A DNA stretch of 64,000 nt, from contig JAZRUE010000051.1 in the NCBI GenBank assembly GCA_045652345.1, forward strand, positions 2,506 to 66,505. Reading direction: 5' to 3'. Each line of letters opens with the position of its first letter. Positions within the stretch are counted from its first letter, which is position 1. Made by a program: the position numbers and the translations under genes. The DNA is from Faecousia sp. Its GTDB lineage: Bacteria; Bacillota; Clostridia; Oscillospirales; Oscillospiraceae. A model generated the notes under the pieces. It was not told the DNA's origin. It worked only from the letters and a program-made list of their open reading frames with translations, and searched no databases. Below, in pieces: positions 1 to 9,205 of the stretch.

Positions 1-287
1 TCGTAGGCCTCCCCTTTCTTCTCATAGACGAAGACCCGGGTGCCGGTGACGGCGCCGTTAAAGGCGTTGGTGTGAATGGGAATATACAGGTCTGCGCCCC
101 ATTCATTTGCCGCCTTGCATCGCTCCTGGGCGGTTTCCCACTGCATGGTCTTTACTGCAAAGCCACAGCGCAGCAATGCTGCTTCTGCGGCGGCAGCCAT
201 CTTGCCGCACTCAGCGGCCTCGTTGGTATCGCCATAGGCATAGCGGTTATCCGACTGATTAGACGGGGACAGAAATATCTTCTTCAT
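1..287 (-). CDS. N-acetylmuramoyl-L-alanine amidase (Amidase_3-like endolysin), runs off the window edge
   Basis: Not in the ORF track. Manual translation from ATG 287 (RBS AGGAGG): MKKIFLSPSNQ...NEAAEC...ANEWGADLYIPIHTNAFNGAVTGTRVF. The R..ANxxxADLYxxIHxNA...G motif is typical of Amidase_3. It is the last visible gene of the phage-like operon. Confidence 0.8.
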   Translation of the reverse strand, partial: MKKIFLSPSNQSDNRYAYGDTNEAAECGKMAAAAEAALLRCGFAVKTMQWETAQERCKAANEWGADLYIPIHTNAFNGAVTGTRVFVYEKKGEAY

Positions 288-462
288 AGGGTTCCTCCTG
301 TTTTTCAACTATGGCATTATATGTATCTTCTGTAATTTCGTGCCAGTTTTCGGCATCCTCCGCAGACGGGAGCACCACCGTTTTGCCATAGGTTTCTCCG
401 TTGGTCAGGTAGTGGCCCTCCTCTGCAGTCAAAATGGTTTGGATTATAGTGTTGATCTTCAT
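259..462 (-). CDS. small phage tail-associated hypothetical protein
   Basis: 67 aa, RBS AGGAGG. LTAEEGHYLTNG...WHEIT pattern is typical of small proteins downstream of tail-fibre genes. Confidence 0.55.
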   Translation of the reverse strand: MKINTIIQTILTAEEGHYLTNGETYGKTVVLPSAEDAENWHEITEDTYNAIVEKQEEPYEEDISVPV

Positions 463-471
463 ATGTTCCTC

Positions 472-1089
472 CTAAAATACCAAAGTCCAGTTTTTTGCGG
501 TGATAGCCGCCTTTTGCGCCGGGGTCAGATTTTCTCCCACCTTTTGGTGGAAGGTGACGGTTTGACTTTCCTTTCCCCGCAAATCCGCCAGACCATCCAA
601 AATGGACTGCACCGATGCCCCATCCAGCAGATTGCTTTGGGGGAAGCCGATGCTTACCCGGATGCAGCCGGGCGCAAAGGAGATTCTTTTCAGTGCCGCA
701 CAGCCGCTGAAGGCATTGGCCGCATTGGTCACATTGGGAATGTTCATTTCTCCGATTTCCTCAATGCCGCTGGAATAGATGAACATATTCTGAATGGTTG
801 TGGCGTTCCGCAGATCCCAGGAAGGCACAGAAAACATCCCCAACCCAGATGTCCAGGTCTGGCACATAGACAAAAAGCTTTTGCCATTGGCCGTATCCCC
901 ATATTTCAGCCCCAACCCCATGGTGGGTCTGCCGGCGCACAGATAGGAAAAATCCGTCCAGGCGGGGTCTACTTTTATGGTGCCGAGGGGAATCTCTCCC
1001 CCGGTGAGCAAAATATCCGCCGGGCAGTACTTGCCGCCGGTAGGCAGGCGGACTTCCTTACCTGGCTGCACTTCTACGGTAAAATTCAT
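472..1089 (-). CDS. putative tail-tip/receptor-binding protein with BspA/DUF285-like leucine-rich repeats
   Basis: Repeats such as WDLRNATTIQNMF / NIPNVTNAANAFSGCAALKRI and the C-terminal AITAKNWTL. Overlaps neighbours by ATGA. Confidence 0.55.
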   Translation of the reverse strand: MNFTVEVQPGKEVRLPTGGKYCPADILLTGGEIPLGTIKVDPAWTDFSYLCAGRPTMGLGLKYGDTANGKSFLSMCQTWTSGLGMFSVPSWDLRNATTIQNMFIYSSGIEEIGEMNIPNVTNAANAFSGCAALKRISFAPGCIRVSIGFPQSNLLDGASVQSILDGLADLRGKESQTVTFHQKVGENLTPAQKAAITAKNWTLVF

Positions 1090-1607
1090 ACAGCCTCCAC
1101 CTCCCCGTTATACACCGGCAGGGCGCTGAGCACCTGCTGCACTATGGCGTCTTTTTCCCCCTCTGTCCAGTAGTCCACGCCCTTTTTAGGGGTGAACTTT
1201 CCGGCATCTGCATCAGCACGGACAGAATTGGCCACTGCCAAAATCTGCCCATACACATCGGTCGCAGGTTCCTTGGGGGTATCCTCCGGCAAGGTGGCTC
1301 CCGGCTCCACCTTGCCGGCGCAAGCCCACACTGTGGGCAGAATTTTTCCCTGGCCGTCGGTGCCGTAGACCCCCACATAGAGCTGGCACCCCGGTGCTTC
1401 CAGCACCTGCCAGGGAATGATGGCAGTATCCTCCCGGCAAACCACCGGCAGGCTTACCTTGCCGCAGCGGAATACCGCTGTTTTCTGTAGGCCTTCCCAG
1501 CCTTCAAAGGTAAATGCCACCCCCTGCCCCACTGTGCCGCAGGTGAGGGTGGACAATTCTGTGACCTGGGCATCAGCCCCGGTCACCAGGATTTTAATTG
1601 GTTTCAT
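1086..1607 (-). CDS. baseplate upper protein (BppU N-terminal-like)
   Basis: F.F..W.GL.KTAVF...IPWQVL...LYVGVYG...PTVW pattern, followed by FTPKKGVDYWT. Position after the tail genes. Confidence 0.6.
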   Translation of the reverse strand: MKPIKILVTGADAQVTELSTLTCGTVGQGVAFTFEGWEGLQKTAVFRCGKVSLPVVCREDTAIIPWQVLEAPGCQLYVGVYGTDGQGKILPTVWACAGKVEPGATLPEDTPKEPATDVYGQILAVANSVRADADAGKFTPKKGVDYWTEGEKDAIVQQVLSALPVYNGEVEAV

Positions 1608-3007
1608 GCACTTTCTCCCTTCATTTGCCCCAGTATTTGCTGTAATTGCGTATAGGAAACGGCGGCAGAGCCGTCTGCCAGAATCACCGGCACGTGGAAG
1701 GTAAAATCCCTCTGCCCCCAGTCAAAGACCGGCACACCGGGATTGACCCCCACAAGCAGGCTCTGCTCCATCAGCTTATCCCGGAGGGTCACCTGCACAT
1801 AGTGGTGCGCATCATAGGAAAGCCCCTCCAGCAGGATTTTGGCGGTGTAGGTATCCCCTTCCCAGGTAAATTCCAGGGGAATTTCCACCGTTCCCACCCG
1901 GCAGACCCCTTCCAAATCGTTCTGCTCCAAGCCAAAAGACCCCTGCCAGCAATTACCGGTGACGGTCAGTTCCACCCGGTCAGATGTGGGTGCCTGCCGC
2001 TTAACGGATGCCTTGGCGGTGAGCTTGGTGTAAGGAATCAGGGGCAGTTCCACCAGGGATTCTCCCCGGTAGCCCCGGCTGTCCACCGCCTGAAAAAGGA
2101 AGCTGCCGGATTCCACCCCGGGGATCTCCACTTCTTCCCCGGTCACTTCCAAAGCGCCGATCTGCTTTTTCACCACATAAGCACCGCCTTTGGCCAAGGC
2201 CAGAAACCGGCAGGCCGCCCGGGAGAAAAACCGGATCAGGCTGCTGTTGCCGGTGAGCAGGGTGGTTACCGGATTGGCGTCCCAAACCTGGCAGTCCAGC
2301 AGCGGGATGCAGTCTTCTTCCCGGGCATAGGCCCGGAAAGTGCTGACCTGGGGCTGCCCGATCTGCACATCGCCTAAATAGGTAACGCAGGTCAGGGTGC
2401 ATTGGGCCGCCCGCTCCGTGGGGATCTGATCATAGATAATGGTGGATATTTCCACGGAAATGGAAGTTTTTTCCAGTTTCTCCCTGGCCGGAGAAAGGGT
2501 GCCATCGCTTTGAATATAGCCCCCATAGGTGCCACATTCCAGCCGTAGGCTGTGGGTGTAGCCGCTGTTTTTCCGATCCACCAGCACCATACAGTTGCCC
2601 CCAATGAAGCAGTCCGCCGCAGAAGCGGTGCTGGCCCGGGGGTTGGCATCCAACTCCCAGTCGGCCTTGGCCGTCCGCAGAACGCCGGTGTAAATGGAGG
2701 TTTCCAGGCTGCATTCAGCCCATTTGCTGCCGTCTTCCCGGTGCTGCACTTCCAATGTGCCGCTGACTGCGCCCTTTCCTGCGGGGAACTGATAGGTGTT
2801 CCAGTAGGCGGTGGGGGCATAATAGACGGTCTGGCCGTCAATCTTTACCGTGGTTGGGCCGGTGGTGTAGTAGTTGGCATTGCCGCCTTCTGCACTTAAA
2901 GTCCAATGAATCACAGATGTATTTTCTGCAATCTTCTGCTCCTGGGTGCAGACAAGGCGCAAATACCGGCCGTCATAGCTGTGAGAATCAAGTTGAAAGG
3001 TCTGCAT
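1604..3007 (-). CDS. siphovirus minor tail structural protein (DUF859-like)
   Basis: 467 aa. Q.IAENTS.I.W, V.HREDGSK and PRAST motifs plus C-terminal PVFDWG resemble DUF859 proteins. Confidence 0.6.
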   Translation of the reverse strand: MQTFQLDSHSYDGRYLRLVCTQEQKIAENTSVIHWTLSAEGGNANYYTTGPTTVKIDGQTVYYAPTAYWNTYQFPAGKGAVSGTLEVQHREDGSKWAECSLETSIYTGVLRTAKADWELDANPRASTASAADCFIGGNCMVLVDRKNSGYTHSLRLECGTYGGYIQSDGTLSPAREKLEKTSISVEISTIIYDQIPTERAAQCTLTCVTYLGDVQIGQPQVSTFRAYAREEDCIPLLDCQVWDANPVTTLLTGNSSLIRFFSRAACRFLALAKGGAYVVKKQIGALEVTGEEVEIPGVESGSFLFQAVDSRGYRGESLVELPLIPYTKLTAKASVKRQAPTSDRVELTVTGNCWQGSFGLEQNDLEGVCRVGTVEIPLEFTWEGDTYTAKILLEGLSYDAHHYVQVTLRDKLMEQSLLVGVNPGVPVFDWGQRDFTFHVPVILADGSAAVSYTQLQQILGQMKGESA

Positions 3008-4523
3008 AACTGCCTCCTATCCAAAAGCAAGCGGTGCGACAAGGGTCGGCAGCGTTGCTGTAATCTTCCAAGCGGGCGTACTCGCCCACGTGCAAATAAT
3101 TGCGTACCGTCACATCGGTGGCCTCCACCCCTTTGGCGTTGGCCTGGAGGAGGTTCTGTCCCCCTCTGCGGACATACATTCCGGTGTGATCCAGCTTGTT
3201 TTCCATTTCCTCGCCGGATTTGCTGATCCAAAGGCCATCTGCGTCAAAGCGATAGCCGGTGTGGGTGGCCACGGCCTGGGCGCTGCCCTCCTCCACCTGA
3301 GAAAGGCGAAGTTCCAGTTTTTGGCTATTTTGCTCCAAAAGGGAAAGCTGACTTTTCAGGCTTTCCCCATCCTCCTGCCGCTGCAGCACCTGGGTTTGGA
3401 TACCCTCCACCTGAAGCTGCAGCTGGGCCATATTCCCGACAGCATCGGCATTCTTGGCCAGCACCCCATCCACATCCATCTGTAAATGGAGCACCTTTCC
3501 GTGAAGGGTCGTCACATCCAGCCGGTTGGAAACCAGCGCCTTTTCCCGGCTGTGAATGCCGTAGCAGGAGAGGGTGTCCTTTCCCCCGGTTCGCACCCGT
3601 TCCATCACATAAAAGGGGCGCGCAACTCCAAAAGCATCTTCGATGCTTATGATCTGCCCCGGGGCGATCTGCAGGGCTGCAGGCACTGCCACCTTGCCGG
3701 GGGCATAGGTGATGCCCTCCAAACTTTCCCATAGATTTTGGGCAATTTCCTCCAAATGGGTGGCGTTTTCTGCCTGCAATAGAGGATTTCCCTCCACTGC
3801 GTACACATTTTGCCCCACTGCATCAGCTGGGTAAAGGGTGCCCACATCCTCTCCATCCTGCCGCAGCTGCACCTGATCCACGGGTAAAATCGGTTCTTCC
3901 CAGCTGTAGCTGCCCCGGAAATAATAGGCTTCGCCCCGGGGTCGCAAAATGGTTTGCGTCAGGGCATATCTTCCGAATTCCACCTGCCCTGTGGGGGTGG
4001 CCCGGCAAAAGCAGCCCGCTGCCTGGGCGATCCAGCAAAGCAGTTGCCTGCCGGTGACCTGCCGAGCCCGGAACGCCCCCACCAAATGCTCCCCGTTGGG
4101 CAAACTGCCCTGCAGGGAAAGACCGCACTGGCTGCAGGTCATGTCCGCCAGTTCCTGCAGGGTATGGGGCCAAAAGGACAGATTTTCCAGCCAGGGAGTG
4201 ATGTCCCGGTCCAGCTGGGAAAGGGCATCGTAGGCAGTCACCTGGTAAAGTCCCTTCCCGGTTCGTTCCACCGTATCCACCCAAAACAGTCCCACCGGCT
4301 GCCCATCTGCCCAAAGTTCTGCCCGCTGCCCCACGGAAAGGGGCAGCCCTTCTTCCGGGCAGAAAAGGCTCACCTGCAGGCAAGCGGCACAAACGCTTCC
4401 CCAGGCAAAGGCCTCCCCGTTGTTCACTTTTTCCGTCAGGGTCACTTTCCGGATGGCGGGGGTAACCTCCGCCCCGGAAGTCAGTGTCCTTCCGTTTTCC
4501 AAAATAAGGGTATGTATGGCCAT
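2988..4523 (-). CDS. tail/baseplate hub (Tal-like) protein
   Basis: ATG 4523 with RBS AGGAGG. GSVCAA, TAYDAL and coiled-coil C-terminal half. Follows the distal tail gene. Confidence 0.6.
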   Translation of the reverse strand: MAIHTLILENGRTLTSGAEVTPAIRKVTLTEKVNNGEAFAWGSVCAACLQVSLFCPEEGLPLSVGQRAELWADGQPVGLFWVDTVERTGKGLYQVTAYDALSQLDRDITPWLENLSFWPHTLQELADMTCSQCGLSLQGSLPNGEHLVGAFRARQVTGRQLLCWIAQAAGCFCRATPTGQVEFGRYALTQTILRPRGEAYYFRGSYSWEEPILPVDQVQLRQDGEDVGTLYPADAVGQNVYAVEGNPLLQAENATHLEEIAQNLWESLEGITYAPGKVAVPAALQIAPGQIISIEDAFGVARPFYVMERVRTGGKDTLSCYGIHSREKALVSNRLDVTTLHGKVLHLQMDVDGVLAKNADAVGNMAQLQLQVEGIQTQVLQRQEDGESLKSQLSLLEQNSQKLELRLSQVEEGSAQAVATHTGYRFDADGLWISKSGEEMENKLDHTGMYVRRGGQNLLQANAKGVEATDVTVRNYLHVGEYARLEDYSNAADPCRTACFWIGGSYADLST

Positions 4524-4531
4524 AGTGCCTC

Positions 4532-4906
4532 CTAACAACCGATGATTTGAAAGCCATAGCCCATCCAGAGGCCGCTTTTGGCGCTTTTCCAGCTGATGGC
4601 GTACTTACTGCGGTAGCACACCATTTCCTGTGGCACGCCTGCATCTTCTTCCGAAGGAAAGGTAAAGGTGAAGGTGGGCGCCTTGGGAAAAAGGCTCTCC
4701 ATATACTGCCGTTCTGCTTCCGTCAGACCCTGATAGGAAAAGCTCCACACCGGAATCTTGTAGCGCAGCACCTGGCGGTGCATAAAGCCTGCCTCATCCC
4801 GGCCGGAATTGCTGTCGTCCAGGTCCTCATAGCTGACCTGCACCCGTTCATCGGGGGCAAGCATAGGCTTGCCGTTGATTAAAAATAGATTTGTTGTTTC
4901 TCTCAT
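4532..4906 (-). CDS. distal tail protein (Dit-like)
   Basis: 124 aa. DLD..SGRDEAGFMHR motif. Immediately downstream of the tape measure gene. Confidence 0.6.
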   Translation of the reverse strand: MRETTNLFLINGKPMLAPDERVQVSYEDLDDSNSGRDEAGFMHRQVLRYKIPVWSFSYQGLTEAERQYMESLFPKAPTFTFTFPSEEDAGVPQEMVCYRSKYAISWKSAKSGLWMGYGFQIIGC

Positions 4907-6708
4907 AGTCCACCAGTGGCGTAGGCCATTCTCCTTTCATAGCGTTTGACTGCCCCGGCCAGGGCGCCATCGGACACATCCAGACCCAAAATCGCCTCCA
5001 GGATCTGTTCCTGCCGGTCGGTGACGGCGTTGAAGCCCGCCATCATCCCCTCCAGCCGATCGTGAAGGGTCAAATCCAGCGCCTGCTGAATGGTACTCAG
5101 GGGGGCTTCCACGTTGGTGCCGTGGGTCTGATCGCCCACCACCGCCAGGAAAGGCTTGTTGGCAGGCAGGACTGCGCCCTGGGCCAGCCGGGGAATGGAG
5201 GGCATTTGCAGCTGCTTGAGCCGCCTGCCGATGCTGCCCACACTGGGTGCCACCGTTTCGATGTTCTCCAGATTTTCCCCCATGCCTGCAAACATCTGAT
5301 TGTAGGCGCTGCTGATGCCCCGGATAGAGCCTTCAAAGTAGCCGATGACCTTGTTCAGGAATTTCTTTGTGCCATCCTCCGCAGGGGCCATCACATTTGT
5401 CTGGGTAAAGCCCAAAAGGCCTCCCAGCACCTCCTGGATGATGCCAACTGCCCCCTGGGCGCTGGCTCCCAAGCCGTCAAAGCCGCCGCTTATGTTGTTC
5501 AGCAGCTGGAAAAAGGCGCTCAAAATTCCCATCACCGCTCCAATGGGCCCGGGCAGAAGGCTCATGGTCAGGTTCAGGGTGTCCATGGCGGGAAGCAGCA
5601 CATTCAGGATGCTCTGCCAAAGGCTGGCATCGGATTGCAGGCCTTTTCCCAGACCCAAAAGGGCATCGATTTTCTCAATGATTCCCTGAACGATGGGCAT
5701 ATATTTCCCTATGGTTTCCCCGATGGACTGGAATTTTTCCCCCATGGCCTGAATGTTGGCAATGATCCGCTCTCCATACCATTGAGCCAGTTTTTGGAAA
5801 AAGTTTTCCCAAAGCCAGCTCAGCACCGGGCGAATCTGCTCAATGATCTGCCCTAAGGTCTGCAAAGCGGTGGTCAGCACCTCCAAAAAGGCGGGCAGCA
5901 CATTTTCTGCCGCCCAGGTGGCAACCGGCACCAAAAGATTCTGCCAGGCCCATTGAGCGGCCTCCAGCACTGCATCCAGTACCGGTTCCAGCGCCTTCAG
6001 GGCCTTTCGCACCCCTTCCACCGCCGGGCTGAGATCGATTTTCTTCAGAGGCTCTGCCAGTTCTATGATTTTATCTGCCAGAGCCTGCCAGCCGGGAATC
6101 ACCTGGTTCGTTTCCGGAATCAGTACCCCCGCCAGACCGCTTCCGCTGCTGCCGATCCGCTGAATTTGGTCAAAGCCTGCCAAATAGCGGCTGACGGAGG
6201 CGGTGGTCTGGGCGGCGCTTTTCAGGCTGCTCTCATAAAGCTTGATGCCCAGGCTTCCCTCCACAAAGGCGGCCAAAATCTTCCCCACCGTGTTGGAAAG
6301 AACCGTCAGCGCCTTCACCGCTGTGTTGACGATGGGCAGCACCGCCTGGGCAAGGGGCGCTGCCGCCCGGATGATGGAATGTTGCAGCCCATCGATCCGC
6401 AGTTGGGTCTCATAAAGGGCGTTGGATAGTTCCTCCCCGTAAATCTCCGCCATTGTGGCGGCCTTTTGGGGAGAATCCACCGTAAAGGCGTCGTCGATCA
6501 TAAGAGGAATCTGCTCGATTCGTTCCCGCACCGAGTCCTTCACCCTGGCAACAGAAAGCCGCAGGGAGCGCTCCGCCCGGACAACCAGGGTCTGCACCCC
6601 CTCCTTCACGAACTTCACCGCCTTGTTCCATTGTTTTTCAATGGCTCGAAACTTCTGCTTCAGGTTTTTCAGAAGTTCCCGCAAAAAGTTTTCAAAATAA
6701 AATGTCAT
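4903..6708 (-). CDS. tape measure protein (short, 601 aa)
   Basis: Likely start ATG 6708 (MTFYFENF; the ORF-track extension runs through a repeat). Helical, with periodic W/F residues, LAGFDQI and C-terminal IPRLAQGAVLP...VGD...EAPL. Confidence 0.8.
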   Translation of the reverse strand: MTFYFENFLRELLKNLKQKFRAIEKQWNKAVKFVKEGVQTLVVRAERSLRLSVARVKDSVRERIEQIPLMIDDAFTVDSPQKAATMAEIYGEELSNALYETQLRIDGLQHSIIRAAAPLAQAVLPIVNTAVKALTVLSNTVGKILAAFVEGSLGIKLYESSLKSAAQTTASVSRYLAGFDQIQRIGSSGSGLAGVLIPETNQVIPGWQALADKIIELAEPLKKIDLSPAVEGVRKALKALEPVLDAVLEAAQWAWQNLLVPVATWAAENVLPAFLEVLTTALQTLGQIIEQIRPVLSWLWENFFQKLAQWYGERIIANIQAMGEKFQSIGETIGKYMPIVQGIIEKIDALLGLGKGLQSDASLWQSILNVLLPAMDTLNLTMSLLPGPIGAVMGILSAFFQLLNNISGGFDGLGASAQGAVGIIQEVLGGLLGFTQTNVMAPAEDGTKKFLNKVIGYFEGSIRGISSAYNQMFAGMGENLENIETVAPSVGSIGRRLKQLQMPSIPRLAQGAVLPANKPFLAVVGDQTHGTNVEAPLSTIQQALDLTLHDRLEGMMAGFNAVTDRQEQILEAILGLDVSDGALAGAVKRYERRMAYATGGL

Positions 6709-6724
6709 TCTTTCACCTGCCTTT

Positions 6725-6903
6725 TGTGCCCCGCAAGCCTGCGGGGGCACAACGATATAAATCCCTGGCGGGATTTTCGATATGTTGCTTCGCAACTCGA
6801 TATAGGCTTCGCCTTCGATATGTTTGCTTCGCAAACAAGGATTTATATCATATCGAATTTGCCGAAGGCAAATATATCGATTTTGCGGCAGCAAAAATAT
6901 CGA
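6725..6903. repeat. composite palindromic repeat: CGATAT/ATATCG units separated by mini-hairpins
   Basis: CGATAT at ~6753, 6778, 6798, 6816 and inverted ATATCG at ~6850, 6874, 6897. Spacers such as GTTGC-TTC-GCAAC and ATTTGCC-GAA-GGCAAAT. Confidence 0.75.
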
Positions 6904-6922
6904 CAAAATCTCCGGCTGAGAT

Positions 6923-7492
6923 TTATGGAAGCGACTTGCCGGAAATAATATCCATGAGCCGCTGCTTTTCCTCCTGCTCCTCCCGGGTGAGCTTCTCCCG
7001 AAAATCCACCAGATTCCGGTTGCGCTGATAATAGTCCTTTTCCCAGTCGGTAAGAGGTTTGCCGCTGTGCCGCTTTTGCCGAATGGTCACCACGGTGGAA
7101 AGCTGCCCTTCCCCAATGCTGTGAAACCAGGCAAGAAAGGTCCACCAGTGGACATAGGGCAGCGCCCGTATTTCCTGCCCTGCCACCTTGTTGATATCCG
7201 CCACGATCAGGGCAGCATCCTGCTCCCAGTCCAAAAGCCGGGGGCTGGGGGCATCGGATTCCTCCTTGCCCCCGGCAAGAAACCAGGCAAACCATTCAGC
7301 CCCCTGCCGGATATGCTCCCGTTCCAAAGGCTCTTTGTAGAAAAGGGACAAAGCCACCTGCCAGCGAATGTAGGCAGGCAGCTCGGGGTTTTCCAAATAG
7401 GAGAAGATCTCCAAAATATCCCGGAAATCCGTATGCAGGCCGTAGGTTTTACCGCCGATCACCACATCCCGGGGCAGGGTAAAGCCGGTCAT
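6923..7492 (-). CDS. phage Gp15-family protein (A118 gp15-like tail assembly protein)
   Basis: LP..V.IGG..Y..TDFR, DWEQDA..I, HWW.FLA.F..I, V..IR motifs. Confidence 0.75.
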   Translation of the reverse strand: MTGFTLPRDVVIGGKTYGLHTDFRDILEIFSYLENPELPAYIRWQVALSLFYKEPLEREHIRQGAEWFAWFLAGGKEESDAPSPRLLDWEQDAALIVADINKVAGQEIRALPYVHWWTFLAWFHSIGEGQLSTVVTIRQKRHSGKPLTDWEKDYYQRNRNLVDFREKLTREEQEEKQRLMDIISGKSLP

Positions 7493-7926
7493 AGCCGACC
7501 TGCCCTGCGGTTTTGGGCTTTTTCCACCGCTTTTTTGGATTCCTCCCGGGCGCAGGCCTGGGCGCCCTTTTCCATAATGGGCTGGAGGGCGGAAAGCAGA
7601 TTCACGATCACCCGCTGTCCGTTTTGCCCCCTGGCCAGCAGGCTGACGCCCCCTAAGATCTCAGTAAAATCATTGTGCGCTCCAAAGACCCAGGAGAGCA
7701 TCCCCTTCAGCTTCCGGTCTGCCTCCTCCATCAGCTGCAAAGCCGCAGATTTCTCCTCCGGCAGCGCCTTGGCCTTTTCCATCAGTTCTTTTTCGATGGC
7801 CTGCAGCTTGTCTGCGCAGGCCATAAACCGGGCGTAAAGATTGGGGTCTGCGGGATTAAACCGCAAAATGCCCCCCTCTCCAATGCGGTAAGAGCGCATA
7901 CCGCTGTCTAATTTGATCGTCTCCAT
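7489..7926 (-). CDS. tail assembly chaperone
   Basis: Start ATG 7926 (METIKLDSG, RBS AAGGAG). RFNPAD motif. Located between the major tail gene and Gp15. Confidence 0.65.
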   Translation of the reverse strand: METIKLDSGMRSYRIGEGGILRFNPADPNLYARFMACADKLQAIEKELMEKAKALPEEKSAALQLMEEADRKLKGMLSWVFGAHNDFTEILGGVSLLARGQNGQRVIVNLLSALQPIMEKGAQACAREESKKAVEKAQNRRAGRL

Positions 7927-7946
7927 TTGGCTTTCTCCTTTCTTCA

Positions 7947-8320
7947 CTTCACGTTCGCCCCAGGCGAACATATCGCTTGCGTTAGCAAATATCGCTTATC
8001 GAAGATATATATCGCTTGCCGAAAGGCATATATCGCTTCTGCCCAAAGGGCAGAACAAAAAATCATTCGCTTCACGTTCGCCCCAGGCGAACATATCGCT
8101 TGCCACCGCACCAAAAAGCCTCCCTTGTGTAAAGGGAGGTGGCACGGCGCAAGCCGTGACGGAGGGATTGTGCAAATATTTTCTCTCCCCCAGTCAAGAA
8201 TCAAAGATTCTTGCCAGCCCCCTCATCAGAGGGGGCCTTTATTTGCTTTCCATCTTCTCCACGCCTTCTGCCCAGCGATATATTTGTTCCCAATGCGATA
8301 TATCTGCCTTCGGCAGATGT
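7947..8320. repeat. intergenic cluster of REP-like palindromes with a 34-bp direct repeat
   Basis: CTTCACGTTCGCCCCAGGCGAACATATCGCTTGC at 7947-7980 and 8070-8103. Five ATATCGCTT units with hairpin spacers. CCTCCCTT-GTGTA-AAGGGAGG / CCCCCTC-ATCA-GAGGGGG doublet at 8119-8236. Confidence 0.8.
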
Positions 8321-8322
8321 GA

Positions 8323-8808
8323 TCAGCCCGCCACCGTAAAGGTCTTGGTTGCCACATCAAAAGTGCCTTTTTCCCGTTTGCCGGTGTAGTGCAGCGTAAA
8401 GGGAATCTGATAGCCGGTGGTGTCACCGCCGTAGCTGTTGACCTCCACAAACACTTCCTCCCGGATAGCAGGATACACCCCATCCTGGGTGTTATCCCAC
8501 AGTTTCACTTCCACCACATCGGTGCGCAGTTCATCCAGCACCAGGCCGTCGTCGATGATCTTCTGCAGCATTGCAAAAAGACCGGTGCCGGCCTCTGCAT
8601 AGTAAGGCTCCACAGAAGCCTTCTTCTCATAGCCGGAGATCAGAATGCTGCTCTGACCCAAAATATTCTTCTTGGTCTCCACCTGGGCAGACAGCTCCGG
8701 GGTAAAGGATTCCAAATCCTTGCCCAGCTGCTCGTAAACTGCCTCCTCCGCCTTGGCGGTGTTGATAAAGTGGGCCAAATACTTGCGCTCAATTTTCGCC
8801 ATTTTCAT
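8323..8808 (-). CDS. major tail (tube) protein
   Basis: 161 aa. LG.D.E...EL..QVET.KNILG, SYGGD..G..IPF.LHY.G.R.KGTFD pattern, in the expected synteny. Confidence 0.75.
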   Translation of the reverse strand: MKMAKIERKYLAHFINTAKAEEAVYEQLGKDLESFTPELSAQVETKKNILGQSSILISGYEKKASVEPYYAEAGTGLFAMLQKIIDDGLVLDELRTDVVEVKLWDNTQDGVYPAIREEVFVEVNSYGGDTTGYQIPFTLHYTGKREKGTFDVATKTFTVAG

Positions 8809-9205
8809 TCACCTCATAATAGATTTCATAAGTCAACTTCAGTTGGGCGGTGTAAATATCCAGTCCCAACTTGTTTTTTGTGTGATGCCTGCCTTCTTCC
8901 AGGGAAACGGTCTTTCTTCCCTGCCCCAACTGGGGGCAAGTGCCCCGCAGATCTTCCATAGCCACCCATTGCTGCAGCTGCCAAAGGGTTTGGGCTTTGC
9001 GGCTGCCGGAAAAGGCCAGGGTGCAGGTAAATTTCAGGGTCTTTTTCCAGTTGCCCAGCACATCGGTGATGGTGTCCACCACCTGAATCCCCTTGGGGGT
9101 CAGGGTGGCCATATGGGGCTGATGGGGCAGTTGATCTTCCTCCCACCGATAGCCGGCAAAGCCGGGGAATCCGGAGAGCCAGCCTGCAATTCTTCTCAGT
9201 TCCAT
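8789..9205 (-). CDS. putative tail terminator/neck protein
   Basis: True start likely ATG 9205 (MELRRIAGWL), overlapping the upstream gene. DVLGN and Y.AQL.LTY motifs, in the expected synteny. Confidence 0.55.
   Translation of the reverse strand: MELRRIAGWLSGFPGFAGYRWEEDQLPHQPHMATLTPKGIQVVDTITDVLGNWKKTLKFTCTLAFSGSRKAQTLWQLQQWVAMEDLRGTCPQLGQGRKTVSLEEGRHHTKNKLGLDIYTAQLKLTYEIYYEVNENGEN

Noticed and set aside
472-1089. Diversity-generating retroelement target
   Set aside because: No reverse transcriptase and no adenine-mismatched template/variable repeat pair was seen in the window.
6709-6906. N-terminal extensions given by the ORF track (tape measure; also capsid, chaperone, GH35, DegV, PBP2, MreC)
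   Set aside because: The extensions run through repeats, promoters or upstream genes. For most of these genes a downstream start has an SD and matches where the family motifs begin; the GH35 start lacks a clear SD and rests on motif position.
6923-7926. Programmed -1 frameshift between tail chaperone genes
   Set aside because: The second gene has its own ATG overlapping the upstream stop and looks like a stand-alone Gp15. No convincing slippery heptamer was identified at the junction.
7947-8105. CRISPR-like repeat/spacer pattern
   Set aside because: The units are only ~9 bp with ~11-nt self-complementary spacers, the 34-bp repeat occurs just twice with an 89-nt gap, and there are no cas genes.
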